DNA of 64,000 bases from Lepidodermella squamata (taxonomy: Eukaryota > Animalia > Gastrotricha): positions 3,844,001 through 3,908,000 of the forward strand of contig JBLDXI010000013.1 of NCBI GenBank assembly GCA_047495785.1. The letters run 5' to 3'. Positions 12,838 to 26,200 of the stretch are shown in pieces. The position numbers and the translations under genes were made by a program. The notes below the pieces were generated by a model that was not told the origin of the DNA, ran no database searches, and was given only the letters and a program-made list of their open reading frames with translations. Numbering within the stretch: the first letter of the stretch is position 1; every line of letters begins with the position of its first letter.

Positions 12838-15800
12838 ATTTTTTCAATCGAAAATATATACTGGATTAAATGTGTAAATCTTTCCGAAAAAGTAAAACTA
12901 CATCTATATCAGAAAAAAAAACAAATGCGATGAGAGTCTGGGAATATCACCGCCGAATTTGTCGATTTTTTGCGTCTCCAGACATTAAAAATTGCGCCAA
13001 TGCTCAGGGGCGATGAACCTTGATAAAAAAAATCAGATATGATAGGACAATGTGCGCAATTTTTATACACGCTCCATTGCGATATCCATTAGGAAATTCG
13101 ATTACGTAGTTTCTTTTAAAAAGCCTAGGGGTCATATGTTAAAAAGCCGCGCGCACTAAAAATGCGAAGTCACATCCGCAAATTTGTGAGTGCGCAGCAT
13201 GTAAACTCAAAAAAGTCATAGTACACTAAATTAAATTTCGGTGTTTCAGAAGGAAAAAAAACGAAACAAAAATTAACGCTGTGAATCAAATGGTTATATA
13301 GGGTGTTTGGACTATTCATCATGTGCGCGTAGTATGGCGGAAGTTGTGCCTAGCGCTTGTCATATGAGTAATAAATTTAGCTAAATGAAACCAGCAGCGG
13401 AGTGTTTTAACCCTTCATTTTTCTAGGGTGTATGAGCTGTCGCGTTGCCTAGCCGTCGTCATCGAGTTTTGATATGAAACTCGAGAGTTAGGCCTACTAC
13501 TACTGCCTTATTCATCGACGGCAAAACCACAATATAAAAATAGGCTCTTAGTATATTTTTCGTAGTAAATATAGGCTTATGCTATTATTATATAGAGCAC
13601 AGAATTTGTGTCCACAAACGCGTATCGGCTAGTGAGCGAGTGCGAGCACACACGCGAGCGGGAGCGAAGAAGCGAATCTGTGTGCGCGAGACGAGACTGA
13701 TCGCCATCCTACGCACGCGCAAAATTTCGATTCATGGCTAGCGTCTATTCATACATGGTGATTTGAGCTGCGCATGCCTCAATACTGAGTGAGTAGAATT
13801 CATGCGAGTCCGTCATCGCGAGGCCTGAGACAACACACGCGCTAGGCACATATATATCGTAATTATTGTTGGCTTTCGGTACGATAACACAAAAAATCGA
13901 TAGCTATGGCCGCAGCACTCGCATTTTTTAGCGATGTATTATATTTTTTGTAATGCAACGTACACACCGCCGCGGCGTCACGCGCTGTCATACAGCCAAG
14001 AAGGGTGCATCGTGATAAATCTTTCATGCTATAAAAATAACTTATTTCGAATCCTATTGATAAATCGTTATTGAAAAAACTTTCTCCTTCCGTTGTATAA
14101 TATTATTTCAATCGACTGATTCATAAAGTACACATTCATTGTTTGCATGATGATGGAGAGTATATATGCTGCAAATTTGTCGAGGCAATTTATATTTTTG
14201 ATGAAAACTCAAAATCTATAGTAGCAAGTGCGTTGGTCACACATATTTTCGTTAAAACAAGGCTAGTAAAAAATAAAACTAATATTTCCTCATGCCTCAG
14301 ACCGGGTATATAAATAAATAATGACGACGAGACATCTTTTGCACCGAGAAAAATTTGCGAAAATCTGAGAATATTCATCTAGGGGTAATTTTATTTTCCG
14401 TGAGAAAATTTCCACGTGCCTGAGGAAAAGTAATGAATGAATTATTAAAATCAATGAATCAGCGTGAAAAATACGGAACTCTAACACGTGGATCAGTAGT
14501 TGTAATATATCCTTTGCGGGAAATTCATACAAAATCCGATTGGAGATTAGGAAAGTTGCGACGTAGGCGGCTTGCCTAGGTGGCTAAAAAAAACTTGACG
14601 TCATCAGCGCGCGCGTAAACAACCGCGCGAAATCTCAACAAGTGCGCAATTTTTTATGAAGGCGAGCCATTCACAGGCGCGTAAACAGTAATAATTACCG
14701 TAATTTTCCGCCGAAATATGTGCGGTTTGGCGCGGATTTTCACGTGATAATTTTCGATAAAAAATCGCACCTGCCATTTGTAATATATTAGAATTTCCGC
14801 GCGTGCACTGGAAGTCGGCTCCGTCAACTCTCGGGTCTATATTATTATAAGTGCATATGCATTAAAAAATGTTTGCTATTATATTGTTTGGCCTGGAATA
14901 ATGGATTGAGATGGGACTGGAAAGTAAAAAATTAAAACTACTACTTAGCGCCTGCGGTTGATCGGTGGAAATTAATATTCATGGCCTGGAGTATTTTAAA
15001 ATCGAATAAAGTATAAATAGGCCCGCTTAATTTTCGAACAAGACAGATCGGGAAATGAGAATAATATTTTTGATTATCGGTCTTTCGGGCATGGAACACA
15101 TTGTTTTGTGTTTTTTCTCGTGCCAATCGCAAAATATGGCCGCCTCTAAAACAACAATAATTTTTTTTTTAACATGCGCACCAAAAGCGCGTCAGCTAAA
15201 TAAAAAAAAAGCGCGCATAATGATAATAAGGCAGAAGAAACGACCAGTAAGTAAGCGAGTGATACTGCTAGATAAAATATATGCGTATAGCTTTAAATAC
15301 CGTGTTCGCATTATCATCTGGTCTACTACAATAAGATGCTTTTATACATAATACTATCCCCTACATGTTGATCGATTGCGCACGCTGTAAACAACGCGCT
15401 GGCTCTTCTTTAATATATTGTTGTGCTCCGCTGCCGTTGTGTTCTTCAGCTACTGAGCTCTGAAAATTCTATCTATATCTACTACTTACCGGTGCTCGGG
15501 CTGGTGCCAATAATATAGCGCGTGGGCGCGCAAGATATTTTCCACTCGCGTTAATACATATATATTAACTAAAAGTCTAGTCGCATCCGCATCGCCGCGG
15601 CTAAATACGGTTTTAAGGCGGTATAAAAGAATTAGCCTAGGAATTGGCGCCTATTTTGGAGGCTTGTACAAAATGTACAACGCAAGAGCAGGCCAATAAT
15701 ATAGGAATAACAAACAGTTTGGCTAAAAACTCGCAGATTACCCAGCACAGAGATAGAAGATTCTGCACCCTTCAAATACTTGTTTGTTGCCAAAAGTGGA

Positions 15801-16558
15801 GCGTCTGCCCGGCGGGTTCATAGTCATTCACTCGTGTGTTCCATCTGCTAAATTGTAATGGCTACTTTTATATATTGCGCTCATGCATCAAAAACAGCGC
15901 GCTATTGTTTTCTGCGCGCGCTTCACGTGATCATTATTACGCTTTTGAGTTCGATGATGATGATGATGATGATGAAGACAATATTTAACATGTCGACTAC
16001 CTACTGATAATAGGCAAATCATGAGATGAGTTACATGCGTTGATTTCACATCTTGATCAATGTTTACAAATAGTTTTGATCTTTGCGCAACCAATTCCGT
16101 TGCCAAAACAGATTTGTTGCTGCTCCTTATACCATGTGCGATGAATCAGCTCATGGGTACGATTTAATTATTTAATTGACGAGTACGAAGGTATTAAAAG
16201 ACCATTTCCATTCTTATCGCAGCTGAAAAGCAATTACATTCCTCTTTGATTGATATACAGCCGATATATGTTCGAATGTCAACGCAGAAGAAATAAAAAT
16301 ATTTTCCCAAATTTTTCGATCTGTTTTTATTCAATCATAGGTTTTTAGAATCAACAGCTATTTGCTACTCTGCAAGTTATGGTCGATATTGACCTAGTTC
16401 ATACCTGAAAATTGCCAAAAAAGTTCTATCTCTCCGAAAGTTTCGCCCAGTCTTAGAAGTTCAAGATGTGCTCAATATTTGCAGGGGCTGTAATAATCTT
16501 CCAAATAAATTCGGCCAAGAAAAGGTTAATGGGATCAAACCTATTTCCTACAAGGTTA

Positions 16559-17314
16559 CCGTCAAACGGGGTGACTTTAGCCAGTGGGGTGACATTGCCA
16601 TAGGTTTTTGCGATAGAGTTTAGATCACACACAATGTCATTTTCTCAGGCATGATATATGTCAAGTAGGATGTCAATGGAAAGCCCTGATGATGGAGAAT
16701 TGAATTATATACGTCGTGGAACCGTTTGAGCCGTATTTAACTCAATAAATGACGTGGAAGGGTGGCAAAGTGACCCTGAGTACACTGTAAAAAAAAGTTC
16801 GCTATTTAGCACTTGGCATTTAGCACGGCCGGTTATTTAGAATAAAAATTAAAAAAATTTCGAATCGCTAAATACCAGAAAACTATTTAGAATAATCGGG
16901 GGTTATTTATCACTAGTAACATAGGGCAAATTTGAGTTTAGGGTGTCCAAAAATAGATAACTAAGAAAACCCGCCATTTTATACTTTTTCCCTAAAATTT
17001 GGTATTTATCACCTGGAATTTAATTTCTTGGTAATTAGAAGCTTAAATTAAAATTTGTAGGCTAAATAGGAGGCTCCCAGGGTCCTAAATGCCCGAGTAA
17101 AAGTCGGTTATTTAGCGGCTAAATTGCGAACTTTTTTTTATAGTGTATACGGTTTAGATGCAGATGGGGTAACTTTGCCCTAACTCAAACCGCAGGTGGA
17201 AAAGCAGATACCTCTCAAGTGGGGTACCCCCGGATAGCTTGTGCCGAGGGTGAAAGTCGCCCCATTTTTCCGTGGCAAAGTGACCCCGGCTGGCAAAGTC
17301 GCCCCGTTTGACGG
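16559..17314. mobile_element. Non-autonomous Tc1/mariner-type MITE (outer element)
   Basis: TIRs CCGTCAAACGGGG(T/C)GACTTT at both ends, flanked by TA (16557-58, 17315-16). Internal repeated GGGGTGACTTT/AAAGTCGCCCC motifs. Confidence 0.88.
16783..17145. mobile_element. MITE with CACT termini nested in the previous element (CACTA/EnSpm-like)
   Basis: TIRs CACTGTAAAAAAAAGTTCGC / GCGAACTTTTTTTTATAGTG, flanked by TA on both sides. Many subterminal TATTTAG/CTAAAT repeats. Confidence 0.85.
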
Positions 17315-18196
17315 TATCTTACTAATGCTTGCCGCCGAATCTTGTTGCATTTTTCTTTGCGAATTCTGCGTCAGACTTGCAGCTTCCGTCATGTTGCCTA
17401 GATACACTCCCATTGATTCACCTCTTTAAAAGCCATAAAAATCGAACTAAATGCATTTTTATTTCTTCATCAAACCGCATTCAGATCATCATCAACAACG
17501 ACTTTGTTAATCAGCAATCGCCTCCCGTTCATTTCAAAATTACAATTTCATGTTAGTTTTAATATAACAATTATTTACCAGTAAATAAAAGACACAAATA
17601 TTTAAGACGGATTTCAACAATGTATTTCCCGGTGCATTTCGACCTTTTCCTTTATCCATTTGATTGCGAGGAAGGAGAAAATGTTAGATTATTATCACAA
17701 TCGCAGCTAAGCAAGTTACTGTCATGCTAATATGCGATTGTTTATTTACAGCGCTTTGAGATGGATAACTATAAAGGCACATTTTGTTAGAGGTAAAAAA
17801 GTATTTTCCACGACAAAAACGATTCACTTGATGAGAATAGAGTACAGCGATACTCAGAGTTACTCGAAGGCATGAAACAACACAAGATTCTACGGCACAG
17901 AGAAAAAACGACGCGAAAATATGCAGACACGGTAAAAAAGTAATCCAAGGTATGGAGACAAAATTATAAATTTCCAAATCAATCGTTTATACTGTGGAAA
18001 AGAGCCGCAAACACCCTAGCATTAGATGCGAAGTCAGGTGAAGCCAAATCAAGTTGAGCAGTTTCATTAAGGTGACTCTTTACAAAATGTACTACGTGGT
18101 CGGAGAATTATTTGCATTTTCAAGGATTTTTAGCGTCGCTTTGCCAAACTGAAAAATCGTTAGGAAGAACATGTTTTTCCTATATATTAGTTCGTC

Positions 18197-19067
18197 CTAT
18201 CGAAGAATAGCAAGAGAAATGAGGCCGAGGATGTAAGCTGCTACCAACTGGCAATTATGGCTGACTTCTAGCGATTCCGGAACAACTTGGTACGGCCAGA
18301 TCGAAGCAAAAAATGACTGATCAGCCTGATTTTGAGACGAAGCCGACGGCGATTGGGTTGGTTTTTCGCGGTATTGCGTTCGAGTCGGCATAAACAGCAG
18401 AAGAATACATATCAATCCAATAGCAGCTAGTAACCAAATTGAAGAATTCGAAACACGAGTCGCTGGCAGTTGAGGTGAAAATTCTTGCGTTGCGAGAAAA
18501 TCTGGCTGATACTCGCCGGCAACTGACGCCGAGCCACCACCACCTGTTGATCTTCGGTGTTGCAATATCCAGTCTGATGTATTTGTCGATTCAAATGAAG
18601 CATTTCTATCAAATTCGCCGAATCTACGCGGAACTGCAGGAGCAGCTCCAGGGTTTTTACTTGAAGCTAATAACGTGGATGGTACATCTTTCCGACCAGT
18701 TAAAGTTTGCCCGCCCACTGTTGCAGTGAATGATACTCGAAATTTATCAACCTTCCCTTCGTTATCAAGAGTCGGCTCCTTATGCCGTATTGCTCTAAAA
18801 AAATCACAAAATTAATACAAAATTTTTGTAATTTTTTGAAAATAATTACAAGTCGATGCATTTTTTCGTTTGTATCGCCCCGCTCGGTTCGATAACAGAA
18901 TACTTGTTAGGCGCTGTTGAGTAGATTTTGAAATTTACGACAAAATCGTAAGGATTGTACAACGAGAGCATTTGTTTGTGAGACGTCGGGTCATTTGCGT
19001 AGAAAACCAGCGAAGATGGCGACACTACCAACTGGATTTTCCCTCCTAGGTCTCCAACTTCCGACAT
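18197..19067 (-). CDS. MOSPD1: Motile sperm domain-containing protein (MSP domain plus two C-terminal hydrophobic helices), 2 exons
   Basis: SHKQMLSLYNPYDFVVNFKIYSTAPNKYSVIEPSG and C-terminal QLVAAYILGLISLAILR are MOSPD1/3-type. The paralog number is not meaningful in an invertebrate. Confidence 0.85.
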
Positions 19068-19216
19068 TTCAATCGATGATCGCTTTTTTCACTATTCGCT
19101 CATTATTTTGATTTTTAATTATAAAAATAATTTTGACAACCTAGGAAAAATAGCAGAAATGTTTGCAAAAAACTGAGCTTTTTCCAAACTTGAAAGAAAA
19201 CGAAGAAATAAAGCGT

Positions 19217-19594
19217 CTATTTTTTGCCTTCAACCATAATAATATGATAGCCAAATTGAGTTTTGATAGGCGGGTCCGTATAGACTGGTTTGTCGACGGA
19301 AGAAACCGGTAGTTCAAAGGCTGCCTCGGTGAACGCACCGACTAGATCACCGCGCTGTTTCCAGCCCAAATCGCCACCCTGGCGGGCTTTATCCTCACTG
19401 TACTGCATGGCGACTTCGCTGAATTTCACGCCAGCTTTCAATTTTTCCATCGCTTCCATCGCCTTCGAATGCTTTTCGCACAGAATATGACGGGGTTTGA
19501 TGGCCGTGTAGCCAGACCCGCCACTTTTGCCACCTTTACCACCCTTGGCACCGCCTTCTTCCTTAGCGGCCGCTGGTTTGCCTTTAGGAGGCAT
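19217..19594 (-). CDS. PIN4: Parvulin-14 peptidyl-prolyl isomerase
   Basis: MPPKGK basic N-terminus, [22 protein letters not shown] and [19 protein letters not shown]. Intronless. Confidence 0.97.
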   Translation of the reverse strand: MPPKGKPAAAKEEGGAKGGKGGKSGGSGYTAIKPRHILCEKHSKAMEAMEKLKAGVKFSEVAMQYSEDKARQGGDLGWKQRGDLVGAFTEAAFELPVSSVDKPVYTDPPIKTQFGYHIIMVEGKK

Positions 19595-19769
19595 TATTCT
19601 TAAATTTTTCCTAAAAATTAAGGAATATTTCGCGAGTTGAAATAAATATTTGCCATGCTTCTATTTGAACTGTATAGAATACTCAGTATTATTTTGATTT
19701 TTTTTCTAAACCACAACATCCCGGCATTTAATGCACGTCGTCGAAAGCAAGTTTTCTCGGTTGAAAAAT

Positions 19770-22700
19770 CTACATCAGCGCTTCGAGGTCGATTTCGAGC
19801 GCTGAGCACGGCATGTTGAGCTCGAAAGCGGTCACCACTTCGGGGTGCAAAACACCCATCACACCGATTCGCTTGCTGCCATTCAACAAAATCTCTCCGC
19901 AACGACCAGGGAAGAACGTCGAGTCTAAAATCAGAAAATGAATTGTGTAAGTATTTGGCTCATTAATATCAACATTTGACAGAATTCAAATTCAAATCAG
20001 CCGTTTCAATATTTTCGAATTTCAGTCAGATTCGTTCAAAATCAGGTCCTGATATCACTAGGACATCGACGTCATGGCGGTACTTCGAGAAGTCATTGGA
20101 TCTTGTCTCTTGATCTACGTCACTCAAACATCTAAAATGGCGATGAGGTGGTCTTAACGTTTAGCAATCCCGCACTCGTCCAGCATTTCATCCCCCACCT
20201 CATCCCGGGCCAATCCCACAACCCCCACCCGACAACACTGTTAACGATTGATCTGCGGGATGAATCGCAAGTCAAAATTGAATATGCTCTTTGCGATTCT
20301 ATTTTCGGGCCGGGCACTTCGCGTCAAGTGGATGAAAAGGCCACTCATCAAGCCCTTGGCCCCACTGGTCAAAATGGAGTCTGTTCTTAATAATGCCAGT
20401 TTTGGGCCGAGCTCTTTCAGTATTTTTGCATTTCGGCTCTTTTCAATTTCAGTATTTTTGCAAAAACGCCGAATTGAAACCGAAAATTAGCAATTTTCCC
20501 GATTCTTCAAGTTCAACGGTTGCCTTGAATATGAATTGAAATTCTTCTAATCAGAAAGCAATTTGCTTACCTTCCGCATTCTTCACGCTGTATGTCCGGC
20601 CCTTGCCGTTGGTAGTCGAAGCGCCGGCCCACGGTACAGCCATAACCTGCATAAGCCGGTCCAACAGACCATGAATCTGCTCGAAACCAGTCGTTTTTCC
20701 GTAGAAAACCGCCGCGCAATAACGACGATTTCGCGCGCCAACATCTTTCTCCCCATCCTTGAACACAACATCTGAGATTTCGAACAACCTCAACGGCAGC
20801 GGCATATTGCGATTGCTGGAAATGCACTTCAGAAGACCCGGGATTAAAGTCGTGCGAACAACTTGAAACTCGAGGGTCTTCGGGTTGGAAATATGAACAG
20901 CTGGCAATTGCTCGATTTGCTTCCTCATATTCTTGCCGATGTCATCTCGGCTGCAAAGCGAGAAGGTAAGCGCCTCCGTGAAACCGGCCATTGCAACTTG
21001 CTGCCTAATCAAATCAGTGAAGTGATTCAGGCCGAATTGCGCGCCAATAACGAAAGTTGACGGCAAGGATTTCGGGACTTTGTTGAAACCGTAGGCAATA
21101 GCGACGTCTTCGGCGATATCACAGGCGTGGATTACGTCAGCACGAGTTGGCGGAATGGTTACTATCACTTTCTTGCCGTCACTCGACGGCTCGGAATGAT
21201 AGGCAAGGCGTAGCAGCAGGGTGCAAATCTCTTGCGCGGTCATTTTAATGCCGACCAGATTGCAAATGTAGCCGACATCGACTTCGTCTTTTCGTTCGCG
21301 TAGACACGGATAGACGACAGATTTGGCCGGGTTTTCTTTATGGGCTGTTTCGTAGACCACTTCAACAGCTTCGGTGCTAAAAATGAAATTCAAGTTTTAG
21401 TCAAAATGTCCAGAATTGAAGTGTAATGTAATCAATCAAATAGCATTACGATGGATAATTTTTTCAAGGTTGAAAATTCAACTTAAGGTCATTAAACCAG
21501 TAAATATCGTAGATTTTCCCAATCACCGAGGAAACCCAGTAGTTCGGAAGTTTCGGTATTTACTCGATTTCACAGGATTCTTTCATAGCTTCATTGCTGA
21601 CCGGCATTTCCGCAACTTTAACACGCCCAAGAGGGTATGAAATTGAAAATCCCATCTCATCTTTGACTTTTCCATCCTTTTTCTCAACATTGTTCACTAC
21701 GAGATCCACTGGGATTGAATTAAGGTGGATTCACCCGGCTATACTTTGCAGATAGGAAAAACCCTTTTTCATCTTGAGAGATCCGCCGACGTCCGCAATC
21801 TGGTCAAGTCGACTTAGAATTGCACGCCTTCGAAACAGAAATTATCGACATCGAGGGATACGACAACGAGCCGCAGGTCGTAGAGCGAATCATGAAGATG
21901 GAAGCGCGACTTAAGCACCTATCCGCCTTGCGACTGCAACAGGCGGCAAACATCGGCTAGGCTTTGGTCAAGCTACGCGATCTATTGAACTTGAAAACGC
22001 GGGACGATTTCTTTACTCATATTAATGACAGGTATGACATGAAGAAAACGTTCGCAAATACGATGATGCTGAACTTCTAAGCGGAATTGAGAAATTCCTC
22101 AATTGTGCTCTTCCGGTTTACCAGGCCTATAAGCTTGAAGGGCAGCTGGGGCAGCTGACCCTGGCTTTCACGCGGAACTTTGATGCCCTCGAAATCTGCA
22201 GAGAAGCGATGAGTGAGCAGGATAAATAAAAAATAACCAGGGCAAAATTCAACTTCTTTCAACACTTGGCCAGGCGCTACGCTATACTACTTTACTCATA
22301 AGAATAAATCGAACATCGAGGATGTGCCATTCATGGCCTCAAATATCATAGATAACTAGAGCGAACATGGCATCGATTAATTCATCGATAATCTAACGGT
22401 ACCACGCTAAGATATCGTTAGCGGGTTAGGCGCCAGTATACCCTCAATTCGATACTATTTCGATGTAAAAATTCTGAGAAACTCAACTAACCTGAATTGA
22501 TCGTGGCAGTATTCCGAAAACATGGTGCATAGAATGTCAAGGACGATTTCAGCTTTGTTAAGATCAGTCGCTGTCACCTCGATGAAAATATTCTTCGTCT
22601 CAGTCGTAATTTTCGACCGCTCGCTGTTGATAATCGGCGGCCACGATAGCACCCCACTCGCATCCTCAACAACCGGGTAAACTTTCTGACCATCTAGAAT

Positions 22701-23435
22701 GGGCAGGAAAGCTTTCAAATGGCTTTCACCGGCGTAAAATGTCATCAATTCCTCGGTAGTGAATGTTTTCGTTTGATTCAATGGAACGAAATTGATCTGA
22801 GCCGGCGGTCGGGCGGTGTAAATAATGTCGCCCGGCGCGATTTTGTCCAAATCATGAGTACCCATCGAAACTAGCGACCGCTTACGGCATAACGTGCCAT
22901 GAAGTTTGTCCTGAACTTCGATGAAACTGCGCATTCGCTCCTTGTTGAAGGAAACATTTCGCAGAATCGCGGCAACGCAGAATGGTCGAACAGTTTCAAC
23001 CGGCGATTGAACAATCAATCGACGCATCGCGGGAGGGTTAACTTTTCGGAAAACCGGAGCTTTGGCTTTGTGCAAATAAACAGCTAAAGCTCGAGATAAG
23101 CCTTCGACACACAGTAAATCGTAACGATTCGCTGGAACTTCGATTTTGTAGATGACGTCATCGGAAGCATCGGTCTTAACTCCAGCGCCTTGTTCTTTCT
23201 CTAGCATTTGCTTTTCCGACGTGATTTCGTCCAATTCGAGGCCATATTCGAAGCAAAGTTCTTCAAAATCCTTGTCAGCTGAATAGAAAGACAAAATAAA
23301 TATTAAATCCTTCTTAATATTTCAACATTTCAATTGCTCTCTTCTCTAATTTCTCACTTATTACAAGTGAAACTTACAATATTTCTGCCCCAGCCTTGCA
23401 AACAGCTCGTCTCTCACCACGTTGATGGTCGGCAT
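19770..23435 (-). CDS. FARSB: Phenylalanyl-tRNA synthetase beta subunit (4 exons)
   Basis: [71 protein letters not shown], and last exon [10 protein letters not shown]...GVLHPEV...EIDLEALM*. Confidence 0.97.
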
Positions 23436-23765
23436 AGTGTTAAATAAACTTTAAATATTATAGACCTAACATTGCGTAGAAAAGAGCGTTTATTAATACA
23501 ATAGATTACACATGAACAGTTGAAGCGACGCGAGAAGTAGAAAAATATGAATTGAAACGAGCATCATTTTTCTCAGACTAAATTCATACGTCAGACAAAA
23601 CAAAAACGAAAAACGTCGAGTTAGAAATACTGTAGCGGGAAGCGAATGAATTTCAGATCGTTAAGACGACAGACTATATCAGCTGAGAGCTTTTTCGTTT
23701 TTTGTTGCATTAGGTAAGCAGAAGAAGAGACTGGTCTGTAAACAGTATCAAAAAGTTGATTGTAC

Positions 23766-24645
23766 TCATTTCGGCGCCTGAGGTGGCATGCTACTATAAG
23801 GCGGCGGCGCGGGCGGGTAAATGAAACCTGGCGGAGGAGCACCAGCTGGAGGCATAGTGTACATCATGTTTTGTGGAGGTGGGTACGGTTGACTAGGATA
23901 CATTGGCGGAGCATTGACACCGGTAAGTAATGCTGTTTCGTTGCCGTTGTACGTTACAATCTGCATGGGCGGTTGCGCCCTCGCGAAATAGCCGGGTATG
24001 ATGTTAAAACCCTGACCGCCACGATATCTACGGAAGAAAAAGACACCGCATAAGGCGACGCAGACGAAGACTAGAAGGCACGTGACGATGACTCCAATAG
24101 CCCAATTGGCGAGACCAGAAACCACTCCAACGCTGTAATTTGGCGCCGTAGATCTCGTCCGAATCCGAAGTCGAAAAATCACATCTTCGTTCATATCACC
24201 ACTGATTGTTACAGCAAGACGTCGATCAAAGTAGAAGGGGCCTAGTCGATTATTGTTCACAGATAGCTTCAGATCTCCAGTCCATGGAACGTGTTTTGAA
24301 TTTCGAGTTTGCAATAAAATGAAAAATTTCGAGTTTGTACTCGCTCGAATCGGCTGTGTGACTTCAACCATCAATTGATAAGGATACGACTCGGATTCAA
24401 AAGTCATCCGACATAAACTGGTCTTAATTCTTCCAGTGGCTGAAATACAATGTTTAATCGAAATCTCACATTTCTGAGGAAAAAATACCATGAATATCCC
24501 AGTAATCGAAGCTTTTGAGGTCGTAATCCTTGTCTCCTCTACATTTGTATGCATCTAACGGATCTCTTAGATCCACCGAGTACTGCTTCGAAGAATGGAT
24601 TGAAGTTAGTAAGACTGTTGCCGATATAATCCAATGAGTAATCAT
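23766..24645 (-). CDS. Unknown single-pass type I membrane protein with Pro/Tyr-rich cytoplasmic tail (2 exons)
   Basis: Signal-peptide-like MITHWIISATVLLTSIHS, intron at ~24440-24488, TM helix WAIGVIVTCLLVFVCVALCGVFFF followed by RRYR, and PPMY/PPPY motifs in the tail. Confidence 0.75.
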
Positions 24646-24801
24646 AACAGTTTATCTAAAATAAAAATGAACATAATGCAGAAGTGGCACGGACGATTTC
24701 ATCGATTTTTGTTACATATTCAGTGTCTATTGCGATAAAATAAAGATACCAAAAGAGTGAGGTGTCATCAAATCATATTTGAGTTTGCTGTATATTGCGG
24801 T

Positions 24802-25640
24802 CTAAAAAACATAAGGGGATGCTGTTTCAGGAATAGCCAAAGTATGGTCCGCAACGCTAGAGGGGGCGTGGCTATGCCCATCATGGCTATGACTCAATTC
24901 ATTCAAGAACCTCATATCTATGTTAACTTGCTGTCTTAAACTGGCTGCTTGATGGCGGTTTCTACACCAGCGACACAAAACAAATGTTGCTATTGCCAGT
25001 AACATGCATATAAGCATGCATGCAATCAAGGTCTTAACCACCCAATTATCCAAGAATATTCTAGAAGAAGGCACTGCGTAAACCTTAATTTTAAACGTCA
25101 CTACTTCGTTGATAACCCCAGCTACGTGCAAAACAAAATGACGATCAAAGTTAAAAATTCCCGTTTTGTTTTTCAGTCTGAAAATATGCGAATGTGCATA
25201 GATTAGTGACTAATAAAAAGCATGTGAAATATAATTACTTGGTTATCTCGATTGACCCAGACCACTGCGCGGTTTTTGAATTAACTTGCTGGAATTCTTT
25301 AAATTCGATAATGAGATTTGACTGAGGCGTGCGCTCCAAAGGAGTAATTATCTCTGCTTTCAGCTCATAATTCAAAGATTGCGCTTCAAAGGTCAAACGA
25401 CAAATTGCTATTTTCAGCGGGCCGTTAGCTATTGTGTCACATAGGAAGCGGGCAATATTTCAGTAGTCATTAATTGTTACCGTAAACATCGAATACGTCA
25501 CTATTGCCGACAGAGATGACTTTCTTACACTTTTTCACTCCATACACGTCGCCAACGTTAACTAGAATACGTGTAGAATAGTTAATACACGGACCCTCGC
25601 AATTGAGCGAAAGACTTGCCCGAAAATGCGCCTCGGCTGT
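24802..25640 (-). CDS. Paralog of the 23766-24645 membrane protein (multi-exon; start not resolved)
   Basis: Manually translated exons KKCKK..VFDVY / ICRLTFEAQSLNYEL..QWSGSIEI / GIFNFDRHFVLHVAGVINEVVTFKIKV align with the neighbour. TM helix TLIACMLICMLLAIATFVLC. Confidence 0.65.
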
Positions 25641-26200
25641 TTCTCAACATCAATCCGACAAAAAAGTAAGTAAGGTGAAGGTGAAGGAAAAATCTGGGCA
25701 TCGGTCGCAAAATCTTTCAATGAAATGAAAGATTCATCAGAGTTAGAGAAAATTTCAGTTTTTGAGTTCCAGCTAGTTATGGCCGAACTGCTACTGAGAC
25801 ATTCATCAATTCCTCATGAATCATAAAGGGTTCGGTCTTCGGTGGCGCAAATATGGGGAAATAGTTGAAGATTACTTATTATTATTAACCAGTGAGTCCA
25901 GTATAAGAGGGGTTCTCGGGTACATAAAATAGACAAAACGAAACAAAACGCCCTGAAACGGCACGAGCGGACATTGAGACGAAAGTGGTTTAGAAAGAAG
26001 CGCAGAAAATATCATGATGAAATTTAGTATCAGACGATTATAATGGAAAGAAAGAAGTGTGTTTTACTTTCAGCAATTGCTAAAAATTGGTTGCTGAAGT
26101 CATTGCTATGTTAAATAAAATGTCACGCATAACGAAATGCGGGGCCTTGAATCGCGAATCACAGTATTTGGTAGACGGATCACGGATCAGCCATCAGCAG

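Noticed and set aside
17393-17590. X-box-like GTTGCCTAGATAC followed by a 19-codon ORF and AATAAA
   Set aside because: The ORF is too short with no recognisable homology; cannot be supported without expression data.
25710-25745. Minus-strand CTGATGA followed by a 9-bp hairpin, hammerhead-like
   Set aside because: No GAAA follows the stem and stems I/III are not evident.
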